The position numbers and the translations under genes were made by a program. A DNA stretch of 24,815 nt, taken from positions 1 to 24,815 of the forward strand of contig JBBQSO010000081.1 in the NCBI GenBank assembly GCA_038213805.1, in the 5' to 3' direction. The stretch comes from Planctomycetota bacterium (lineage in GTDB: Bacteria > Planctomycetota > UBA11346). Under the pieces are notes generated by a model. It was not told the origin of the DNA. It saw only the letters and a list, made by a program, of their open reading frames with translations, and searched no databases. Numbering within the stretch: the first letter of the stretch is position 1; each line of letters opens with the position of its first letter. Of this stretch, positions 9,638-16,879 are shown one piece after another.

Positions 9638-9978
9638 CGGCACCTTCCCCTCGCAGCCGCCCGCATGGTCGGACGCCGCCACGATTGCACGCGCTTGACC
9701 CGCCACAAGCGGAGTTGCCGTGGCCAACCGTGGCCGCGGTTCCACGGGTCCATTGAAGGCCCCGTGCCTTCCCATCCGGGATAGGAGTTCATCTGAGCCA
9801 TTCGCATGAGCGTGTTGCGCGGGGCGTTGCCAGAGATCGGGTCGGTCGCGCCGTTGGCGCCCTGGACATGTGCTTTGGGCCTCAGCGCAATACGCGTGAC
9901 TAACAAGGCGGGCCACGCCATGGCTGCAAGCCTTACGAACACGTTGCGAGCACCCCGATCGCCAAGCGTGTCTCCATC

Positions 9979-10743
9979 TCACTTCACCAATGGATCGCCG
10001 CTTCGCGCAGCTCCATAACGCCCCCGATACCTGCTCGGCGTCATCCCCTTCCGCTTCACGAACTGATGGCTGAAATGGCTCTGGTCATAGAAGCCGGTCT
10101 CGAGCGCGATGGTCGAGAGCGGCAGCCCCGTCGTGGTCAGCAGCTCGCATGCCGCACCGATGCGCACCCCGATCAGGTAGCGCAGCGGCGTGACCCCGAA
10201 GCGCTTGCGGAAGCTGCGCTCGAACTGGCTGACCGACAGTCCGAGCAGCTGCGCCAGCCCGGTCATGGTCAGCGGCTTGGCGTAGTCCGCCATCATCGCC
10301 TCGATCACCGGCGCCATGGCCAGGAAGCGGTGGCTGGTCGATGACATCGCCTGCAGGTCGCGGGTGATCCCGACCAGGCCGATCACCGTGCCAACGTGGT
10401 CGCGCAGCGGCAGCTTGGTGGTGCTGTACCAGGCTATGGTGGCGTCAGGATTGCGTCCGAGCTCGACCTGGTCGACCAGCGCGTGGCCGGCAAGCACGCG
10501 CGCGTCGTCCGCCGCAAAGCGCTCACAGAGATGCGCAGGCGAGAAGTCCTCGTCGCGGCGGCCGATCACCTCTTCCTCGCGGCGGCAGCCGAACAGGCGG
10601 ACCAGGGCCGGGTTGCCCAACACGAAGCGCCGCGCGCGGTCCTTGGCGAACAGGAAGACGTCGGGCAGCTGGTCGAGCAGCGCGAACCCGGCACCCGGGG
10701 GCAAGCGCGCCAGGAACCGCTGCTTGAGCTCGTGCGCCTCCAT
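9979..10743 (-). CDS. AraC-family transcriptional regulator with N-terminal PAS domain
   Basis: PAS-like FLFAKDRARRFVLGN...VIGRRDEDF...TTKLPLRD...GLVGITRD. AraC HTH region LAQLLGLSVSQFERSFRKRFG...IALETGFYDQSHFSHQF...TPSRYR. Confidence 0.95.
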   Translation of the reverse strand: MEAHELKQRFLARLPPGAGFALLDQLPDVFLFAKDRARRFVLGNPALVRLFGCRREEEVIGRRDEDFSPAHLCERFAADDARVLAGHALVDQVELGRNPDATIAWYSTTKLPLRDHVGTVIGLVGITRDLQAMSSTSHRFLAMAPVIEAMMADYAKPLTMTGLAQLLGLSVSQFERSFRKRFGVTPLRYLIGVRIGAACELLTTTGLPLSTIALETGFYDQSHFSHQFVKRKGMTPSRYRGRYGAARSGDPLVK

Positions 10744-10767
10744 AAACCCCCCTCCTCGGCATGCGAG

Positions 10768-10831
10768 ATGCCGAAAAAGTACAAGCGCATGCCGGTTCTG
10801 TGCAAGAAGCGATCGGTCATCCGCATAGCAT
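10768..10831 (+). promoter_or_regulatory. Putative tandem AraC-type operator half-sites plus -10 element
   Basis: ATGCCGaaaaaGTACAAG (10768-10785) and ATGCCGgttctGTGCAAG (10789-10806) are direct repeats with a 21-bp period. TAGCAT at 10826-10831. Confidence 0.65.
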
Positions 10832-10916
10832 CAATCACCAGAGCAAAACGCGACCAGGCATAGCGCCGGCGCCCCCCTCCGCGGCCTCCCGGCCGCGCCC
10901 CCAGCGGAACCCCGAC

Positions 10917-11720
10917 ATGAGCGGAATCTCCTACGTCGACACCAACGGCATCCGCCTTGCCTACCGCGAGCGCGGCACGGGCGAGCCGCTGGTGCTGATC
11001 ATGGGCCTGGGAGCCGACGGCCCGGTGTGGGAGGACCACGTGCGCTTCTACGAGCGCCACTTCCGCTGCTTCCTGGTCGACAACCGCGGCAGCGGCGCCT
11101 CTGACAAACCCGCCGGCCCCTACAGCACGGCGCAGATGGCCGACGACTACGCCGGCCTGATCCGCGGTCTGGGACTGGGCGCGGTGCGCGTGATCGGCAT
11201 CTCGATGGGCGGCGCGATCGCGCAGCAACTCGCCCTGCGCCACCCGCAGCTGGTGCGCCGCCAAGTGCTGGCCTGCACCTGGGCGCGCTGTGACGCCTAC
11301 GCGACCTGGATCTTCGAGCACTTCGCCGCGGTGCGCGCCGCAGTGCCGCCCGGCGAGTTCATGCGCCTGCTGCAGCTGTGGATTTGGAGTCCAGCCTGGG
11401 TCGCAAACCACCGCGACGACCTGCTCGCCGTGCAGGACACCGCCCTCTGCGCCCCGCCCATGCCCCACCACGCCTTCGTCGCGCAGTGCCGCGCCTGCAC
11501 CACGCACGACACCCGCGACCAGCTCGCGCGCATCGCCACGCCGACCCTGATCACCGTCGGCGACCAGGACATCTTCACGCCGCCCGCGTTCTCGCGCGAC
11601 CTCGCCGCAGCCATCCCCGGCGCGCGGTTGGAGGTCCTGCCCGGCACCGGCCACGCCCACCACTGGGAGGCGCTCGACGCCTTCAACGAGCTGACCACGA
11701 CCTGGCTGCTCGCCACCTGA
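10917..11720 (+). CDS. Alpha/beta-fold hydrolase
   Basis: PLVLIMGLG, DNRGSGAS, nucleophile elbow GISMGG, GDQD acid and GHAHH histidine. Confidence 0.93.
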   Translation: MSGISYVDTNGIRLAYRERGTGEPLVLIMGLGADGPVWEDHVRFYERHFRCFLVDNRGSGASDKPAGPYSTAQMADDYAGLIRGLGLGAVRVIGISMGGAIAQQLALRHPQLVRRQVLACTWARCDAYATWIFEHFAAVRAAVPPGEFMRLLQLWIWSPAWVANHRDDLLAVQDTALCAPPMPHHAFVAQCRACTTHDTRDQLARIATPTLITVGDQDIFTPPAFSRDLAAAIPGARLEVLPGTGHAHHWEALDAFNELTTTWLLAT

Positions 11721-11734
11721 ACCAGGAGACCCCC

Positions 11735-12568
11735 ATGGCCACGATCCGCTTCGGCTGCCAGACCTACAGCTGGCTGATGTCCGGCGACGCCAACCGCGAC
11801 CGCCTCGACCACATCATGCGCGTCGCCGCCGAGGCCGGCTTCGCCGGTCTGGAATCCGAGGTGGTGATGCTCGGCCGCCTCGCCGACCCCGCGGTGATGC
11901 AGGCGAACCTCACCGCCAACCGCACCACGCTCGGCGCCGTATGCCTGGTGCAGGACTGGCGCGGCCCGGGCGAGACCCCCGCCGAGCGCGCCGAGGCCGA
12001 CCGCATCATCGCCCTGCTGGGCCGCTTTCCCGGCACCGTGCTCTCGCTCTGCCAAATGCCCGGCGCCGACCGCACCGATCTGCGCGCGCGCCAGACCAAC
12101 CTGCTGACCTGCGCCAACGCCATCGCCAAGCGCGCCGCCGACCGCGGCATCCGCTGCACCTACCATCCCAACTCCCCGGCCGGATCGGTCTACCGCACCG
12201 CCGAGGACTACGAGATCCTGCTCGCCGGCCTCGACCAGCGCGTGCTGGGCTACGCCCCTGACCTCGGCCACATCGCCGCCGGCGGCATGGACCCCCTGGC
12301 CATCGTCAAGCGCTACCGCAGCCAGGTGAACCACGTCCACTTCAAGGACATGTTCCCCGACCGGCGCTGGGCCCCGATGGGCGGCGGCATCATCGATTTC
12401 GCGGGCGTCGTCGCCTTCCTGCGCGACACCGGCTACGACGGCTGGATCATGGTCGAAGACGAGTGCGAGCAGGCCGAGCACGATCCCGACGGCGCCACCG
12501 CCAACAACGGCGTGTTCGTGCGCGAGACGCTGGTGCCGATCGCGAAGGCGGGGGCGGCGAAGGGGTAG
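11735..12568 (+). CDS. Sugar phosphate isomerase/epimerase family TIM-barrel protein (IolE/xylose isomerase-like)
   Basis: AEAGFAGLE, YHPN, PDLGH, HVHFKD, PMGGGIIDF and GYDGWIMVE motifs. AGGAG ribosome-binding site at 11724-11728. Confidence 0.9.
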   Translation: MATIRFGCQTYSWLMSGDANRDRLDHIMRVAAEAGFAGLESEVVMLGRLADPAVMQANLTANRTTLGAVCLVQDWRGPGETPAERAEADRIIALLGRFPGTVLSLCQMPGADRTDLRARQTNLLTCANAIAKRAADRGIRCTYHPNSPAGSVYRTAEDYEILLAGLDQRVLGYAPDLGHIAAGGMDPLAIVKRYRSQVNHVHFKDMFPDRRWAPMGGGIIDFAGVVAFLRDTGYDGWIMVEDECEQAEHDPDGATANNGVFVRETLVPIAKAGAAKG

Positions 12569-12630
12569 TCGCCGCCAGCGGTTCGCCGTCCGCTCTCCTC
12601 CAGAGCGCCAACGGCGCCGAGCCAATCTTC

Positions 12631-12908
12631 AGCCCAGGGCAAGGCCCTACCCATTAGCCACAAGTCCGCTGGTGCGATGAAGCCTGAAGGCAACCGCAGA
12701 GTCGCAGAGCGCCGCAGAGGGCCGCAGAGGGTCTTTGCCCGTGCTCTACAGAAGGGCTGGTGAGAGCGGCACTCATGGGCAATCCAGTTCTTCTCTGCGG
12801 CCCTCGGCGGCCCTCTGCGTCTCTGCAGTGAGGTAGGCCCTGCGGTGACCGGCGATTCGGTAGTCTGCGTCGACTTGTGGGTAGTGCGTAGGGCTCACGC
12901 CCTGGGCT
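12631..12908. repeat. Nested inverted repeats (REP-like outer arms enclosing a CGCAGAG-unit inverted element)
   Basis: Outer arms 12631-12666 and 12872-12908. Inner arms 12693-12729 and 12793-12829 (33/37 complementary). Innermost ttgcccgtg / catgggcaa. Confidence 0.85.
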
Positions 12909-13082
12909 AGGTTCTGTCGCCTGCTCCGCAGGCTCGTTCGAGCTGATGCAAAGGTGTTTCCCGCTGATTGATGGTCACGTTCCGCGGGTCACTGCCAGAG
13001 GTTCTGTCGCCCGCTCCGCAGGCTCGTTTGAGGCGATGCGCGGGTTTTTTCCGCTCATTCACGATCACGTTCCGCGGGTCAC
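12909..13082. repeat. Two 84-bp direct repeats with a 90-bp period
   Basis: 12909-12992 and 12999-13082, about 71/84 identical by manual alignment. Each contains a gcc(t/c)gctccgcaggc mini-palindrome. Confidence 0.9.
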
Positions 13083-13315
13083 CTCCAGTTGCCGTCACCG
13101 TCAGTCGCCATTGGAGGCGGTTGCTGGGAGTGCACTTGTCGTGGCTGACCATGGCGATGAGTCCTCTGGGGCAGTCTTGTCTCTATCTCCCTCATTCCCA
13201 CGCCGGGATTCGAACCGCGTAGCGGGTACGCCGCCCCGGCGTAGGCCGCCACCTGCGTGGCGGCCGGCCCGCGGAGCCCGGCCGAAGTCCCCGCAGCGCA
13301 GCGAGGAGTCGAGGC

Positions 13316-13358
13316 CGGGGGGTTCGACCCCTCCTGTCCGCCATCCCCCTCCCCGGCC
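13316..13358 (+). repeat. Inverted duplicate of the tRNA-Ser 3' end plus trailer
   Basis: 13333-13358 is the exact 26-nt reverse complement of 13395-13420. Complementarity continues imperfectly through GGGGGTTCGA. Confidence 0.9.
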
Positions 13359-13409
13359 CCCCTGCGCACCAACGAAAATCCCCGACCATTGCGCGGCCGG
13401 GGAGGGGGA

Positions 13410-13499
13410 TGGCGGACAGGGGGGGATTCGAACCCCCGAACGAGTTTCCCCGTTGCGCGCTTTCCAAGCGCGTGCCTTCAGCCGCTCAGCCACCTGTCC
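13410..13499 (-). tRNA. tRNA-Ser (anticodon GGA), CCA encoded
   Basis: GGACAGG/CCTGTCC acceptor stem, cgcgc-TT GGA AA-gcgcg anticodon arm, long variable arm (aacggg gaaa ctcgtt), GGTTCGAATCC T-arm, GCCA end. Confidence 0.97.
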
Positions 13500-13523
13500 A
13501 GGTCACATGCGGGAAGCGCCGGG

Positions 13524-13551
13524 ACTATGGCCTGGGTGGGGTGGAGGTCAA
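13524..13551 (-). promoter_or_regulatory. Putative sigma70-type promoter of tRNA-Ser
   Basis: TTGACC-16 nt-CATAGT on the minus strand, about 25 nt upstream of the tRNA. Confidence 0.55.
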
Positions 13552-13882
13552 GGCGGGTCGCATGCAAAAAGGGCATTGGGACACGGTTAGGGAAGATGAG
13601 GTCGGCACACTTCCTGACCAAGTGGGATCCGGCAGTTTAGGCCATTTGCGGGCGGGCCGCCCGCGGTCCCAGGGGAGAGACATGAAACCCAGGAAGCGCC
13701 AACGACCTGTCCGGCGGGGTCCAGGGGCGGCAGCCACCTGGCGGGCGTAGCGGGCGGAGCCCGCGAGATGCGGCCTCCCGAGCGAATCAGCGAGCGAGCG
13801 GAGGCCAGGCGCGGGGACTGCGCAGCAGGCCCACCGCGGCGCAGCCGCGGTCGCCCGGGGCCGATCGCGGCGCAGCCGCGAC

Positions 13883-13928
13883 CCGCGCCAGCGGGTGAGC
13901 CGCGCCAGCGGGTGAGCCGCGCCAGCGG
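13883..13928. repeat. 17-bp tandem repeat, about 2.7 copies
   Basis: ccgcgccagcgggtgag twice plus ccgcgccagcgg. Preceded by two copies of the palindrome cgcggcgcagccgcg. Confidence 0.85.
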
Positions 13929-13954
13929 CGAATCGGACCCGGGCGCGAGCGCCG

Positions 13955-15196
13955 TCAGTTGTTTTGGTAGTACGTATTCGGGAGAAGGTAGTCATTGAAC
14001 ACCCCTGGGTCCTGATCCCCCGGCTGCGGCGTCACCCCATCCCCGAACACCGGATCGTGCGCGCACGTGGCGAAGCGCTTGACCCGGTTCTGCAGATCGC
14101 GCCATTCCTTCGAGCCGTAGGCGATGAAGCGGTGGATGTCCGCCTCAAGTTCGGCGAGCTCCTCCTGCGAGTGCTGGAAGAAGCGCTTGAGGTCCTCGAC
14201 CAGGAAGTTGCCGAGCGCGATGTTCGAACGCCACCAGCGCTTGGTCTCTTCGTCGAGCGGGCGCACCTCGCGCTCATAGACCTTGAAGAAGCGCTCGACC
14301 TCGAGCATCAGCTTGGGGATATCGGCGAGCTGGGCCTCCTTGTAGCGGCGGATGTCGGCGACCAGCGCCATGCGCTCCGGCGTGGCGTGGACGCGCCAGC
14401 GGTTGAGGTCGGCCTTCATCTTGACGAACTCGCGCTCGCGCCACTGGGTGAAGCGCCACAGATCATCGACCAGTCGCGGCACGGTGGCCTTTTCATAGCT
14501 CCAGAAGTTCTTGAAGTCGATGACCAGCCGCTCGCCCTCGACGGTGGCGTGCAGGCGGAAGCGCTCGATGTCCTCGGTCAGCTTCTGCCATTCGAGCTCG
14601 CTGGCGGCGAAGAAGTCGCGGCCGTCGATGATCAGCTTCTTGTACTCACGGTTGCGCCATTCCAGGAAGGTGATGACGTCGACCTGCAGGTTGGCGGATT
14701 CCCAGCGCACATGTTCGTAGAAGCGGCGCAGGTCGTCACCCAGCGGCGCGACCTCGCGCGCCTGGTATTCGACGAAGATCGCAATGTCCATCACCAGGTT
14801 CTTCCACTCGACGTCGGCCTTGGCGAAGAACTCAAGGATGTCGTCCTTGGCCCTGGGGAAGTTTTGGATGTTGTAGCCGTAATAGCGCGCCACGTCATTG
14901 GTGAGCTTCTCGATCTGCTCCCACTCGGTGGTGATCAGATAGGCATACTCTTCGCGCATGTACCACCACTCGCGGCGGCGCCATTCCAGGAAGCGCGCGG
15001 TGTCGAGCGGCAGGTTCTCGGCCTGGATGGCGTTGGAGCGGATGAAGCGATCGATGGCGATGACCATCTCCTGCTGCTCACGGTTGGCGTGCGCGACGAA
15101 GCGGTGCACGTCATCGACGGTGGCGTCGCGCTCGCGGCAGCAGCCCGCCAGGGCCGCGACGACGATCATGAGCACGAACGGGACCCACCTACGCAT
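13955..15196 (-). CDS. Putative lipoprotein composed of 20 tandem 18-residue helical repeats, function unknown
   Basis: Signal peptide MRRWVPFVLMIVVAA-LAGC (lipobox) and strong coding bias. Residues 26-385 parse into exactly 20 x 18 aa with consensus L-x-x-D-h-x-R-F-x6-E. Confidence 0.88.
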   Translation of the reverse strand: MRRWVPFVLMIVVAALAGCCRERDATVDDVHRFVAHANREQQEMVIAIDRFIRSNAIQAENLPLDTARFLEWRRREWWYMREEYAYLITTEWEQIEKLTNDVARYYGYNIQNFPRAKDDILEFFAKADVEWKNLVMDIAIFVEYQAREVAPLGDDLRRFYEHVRWESANLQVDVITFLEWRNREYKKLIIDGRDFFAASELEWQKLTEDIERFRLHATVEGERLVIDFKNFWSYEKATVPRLVDDLWRFTQWREREFVKMKADLNRWRVHATPERMALVADIRRYKEAQLADIPKLMLEVERFFKVYEREVRPLDEETKRWWRSNIALGNFLVEDLKRFFQHSQEELAELEADIHRFIAYGSKEWRDLQNRVKRFATCAHDPVFGDGVTPQPGDQDPGVFNDYLLPNTYYQNN

Positions 15197-15337
15197 CGGC
15201 GCAGCCTAGACCCCCCTCAGGAGGGCCACAATCCATGCACCCGGTGGGGGGGTCCCGTGTGTCATCCTCGGCCATTCCCCAGGTCCCGTGTTCAGGCGGC
15301 TTTAGAGCGCACCTGCAGCAGGCCGTGCCCGGTCCCG

Positions 15338-15365
15338 TTGACACCTCACGCAGCGCACCCATGAT
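15338..15365 (+). promoter_or_regulatory. Putative sigma70-type promoter of the SRP RNA
   Basis: TTGACA (15338-15343)-16 nt-CATGAT (15360-15365), 7 nt upstream of the RNA 5' stem. Confidence 0.7.
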
Positions 15366-15372
15366 CCGCCCC

Positions 15373-15473
15373 GCACAGCCGGAACTTGGGAGTCGAGTGC
15401 CGCCGAATCTGGTCAGGCCTTGACGGGAGCAGCCATAAGGCATGCACCGGCGTCCCAGGCACTCTGGCTGTGC
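15373..15473 (+). ncRNA. ffs: Signal recognition particle RNA (small bacterial 4.5S type)
   Basis: One long hairpin closed by GCACAGCC/GGCTGTGC, with the domain IV motif UGGUCAGG-CCU-UGAC-GGG-AGCAGCCA. It has its own promoter and a T8 tail. Confidence 0.9.
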
Positions 15474-15482
15474 ATTTTTTTT
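15461..15482 (+). terminator. T-tract ending the SRP RNA transcript
   Basis: The 3' strand of the RNA closing stem is followed by A and T8 (15475-15482). Confidence 0.55.
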
Positions 15483-15497
15483 GAGAGGTCCGAAGTC

Positions 15498-15681
15498 CGG
15501 AAGTCCGGAAGTCTTGGTGGACGGGGCGGAATGGTTGCCCGAATGACGAAATCGCACCCATCCAAGCTTAGCGGCTGTCCTCCACCGTCCTCCGCGCCTC
15601 CATCCCTCCTGTTCTATCCGGCTGTCGAGCGACCACGTCGCATCTGACCGTTCCCGGAGTCACCAGACTTCCGGACTTCCG
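15498..15681. repeat. Inverted-repeat element with CGGAAGTC octamer arms
   Basis: cggaagtccggaagtcttggtg (15498-15519) versus caccagacttccggacttccg (15661-15681), complementary with one indel. Confidence 0.8.
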
Positions 15682-15691
15682 CACCCGGGAC

Positions 15692-16879
15692 TCACTCGAC
15701 CACGCGCAGCACAAACCCCTTGAGGTACTCCGTCTCCGGCACTGCCGGTAGCACCGGATGGTCGGGGCTGGCGCCCAGCACCGCCTCGAGGCGCAGGCTG
15801 CGTCCGGCGTCGGCGGCCGCCTCGACCACCATCTCGAGGAAGGCCGGCCCGGAGACGTGGTGCGAGCAGCTGAAGGTCGCCAGCACGCCGCCCGGTCCGA
15901 GCATGCGCAGGGCGCGCAGGTGGATCTCCTTGTAGCCGCGCAGCGCGCCGGCCACCGCCACCTTGGTGCGGGTGAACGACGGCGGGTCCAGCACCACCAC
16001 CTGGAAGCGCTCGCCGGCCTCGTCCGCGGCGCGTAGCCAATCGAAGGCATTGCCAAGGTGGGTCTCGAGGCGGTCGGCGCAACCCGCCCACTCCGCCGCC
16101 TGGTGCGCCCCGTCAATAGCGTCCGCGGCGCTGTCGAGAGCCACCACCCGGCCAGCGCCGGCGGCCAGCGCGTGCAGGCCGAAGCCGCCGAGGTGGCAGA
16201 AGGCGTCGAGCACGCGGTCGCCGGGGCGCACGAAGCGCGCGACCGCGGCCCAGTTCTCCTGCTGGTCGAGGTAGACTCCGGTCTTGTGCGCGTCGAGCGG
16301 ATTCCATGGGAACTCCACCGCGCCGACGCGCATGCGCGCCGCGGCCGGCGGCGGCCCGCGCAGCACGCCGCGGCGCTGCGGCAGGCCTTCCAGAGCGCGC
16401 ACCGGCAGGTCGTCGCGTTCCAGGATGGTTGTGGGCGCCAGCAGCTCGACGAGCAGGTCGGTGAGCAGCGGCAGGCGCGCGTCCATGCCCGCGCTGGTCG
16501 CCTGCACGCTGAGCACGTCGCCATACTGGTCGACGATCAGGCCGGGCAGCAGGTCGGCCTCGCTGCTCACCAGGCGGCGCGCCGGCCGCCCGGGCAGCAC
16601 CGCCTCACGGTGGGCGATGGCGCGGACCAGGCGCGCGCGAAAGAACGCCGCATCGATCGCGACGGGCACCCGGCTGAGCACGCGCACGGTGATCTTCGAG
16701 CGGCTGTTGTAGAAGCCGATGGCGAGCGGATGCCCGTCCTCATCGCGCACCTCGACCACGTCGCCGTCCGCAGGCGTCCCGTGCACGCGGTGGATCTCGC
16801 TGCCATATACCCACTGGTGCCCACGAAACAGCCGGTGCGGCACGGAGCGGAGCAGGGTGACGACGGGCAGGGTGTCCAT
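15692..16879 (-). CDS. Class I SAM-dependent rRNA methyltransferase, RlmI/RlmK-like with PUA domain
   Basis: GHQWVYGSEI PUA start, SEADLLPGLIVDQY, HKTGVYLDQ, VLDAFCHLGGF, VVLDPPSF, TFSCS and PETEYLKG. Confidence 0.92.
   Translation of the reverse strand: MDTLPVVTLLRSVPHRLFRGHQWVYGSEIHRVHGTPADGDVVEVRDEDGHPLAIGFYNSRSKITVRVLSRVPVAIDAAFFRARLVRAIAHREAVLPGRPARRLVSSEADLLPGLIVDQYGDVLSVQATSAGMDARLPLLTDLLVELLAPTTILERDDLPVRALEGLPQRRGVLRGPPPAAARMRVGAVEFPWNPLDAHKTGVYLDQQENWAAVARFVRPGDRVLDAFCHLGGFGLHALAAGAGRVVALDSAADAIDGAHQAAEWAGCADRLETHLGNAFDWLRAADEAGERFQVVVLDPPSFTRTKVAVAGALRGYKEIHLRALRMLGPGGVLATFSCSHHVSGPAFLEMVVEAAADAGRSLRLEAVLGASPDHPVLPAVPETEYLKGFVLRVVE

Noticed and set aside
9700..9790. Possible Moco riboswitch (gccttcccatccgggataggag)
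   Set aside because: The resemblance is short, on the strand opposite modB, and the 5' consensus is missing.
9644..9982. N-terminal extension of modB as a possible fused domain
   Set aside because: Atypical composition and no ModA or ModE motifs. ModB similarity starts near 9637.
12909..13082. Possible mini-CRISPR array
   Set aside because: Only two units, the would-be spacers are homologous to each other, and no cas genes are present.
12907..13152. 81-aa ORF with a 30-aa repeat
   Set aside because: A by-product of the 90-bp DNA duplication. Differences between the copies are mostly non-synonymous.
13316..13358. attR of an integrated island, or a second tRNA
   Set aside because: The orientation is inverted, the 5' half is missing, the T-loop is damaged and no integrase is nearby.
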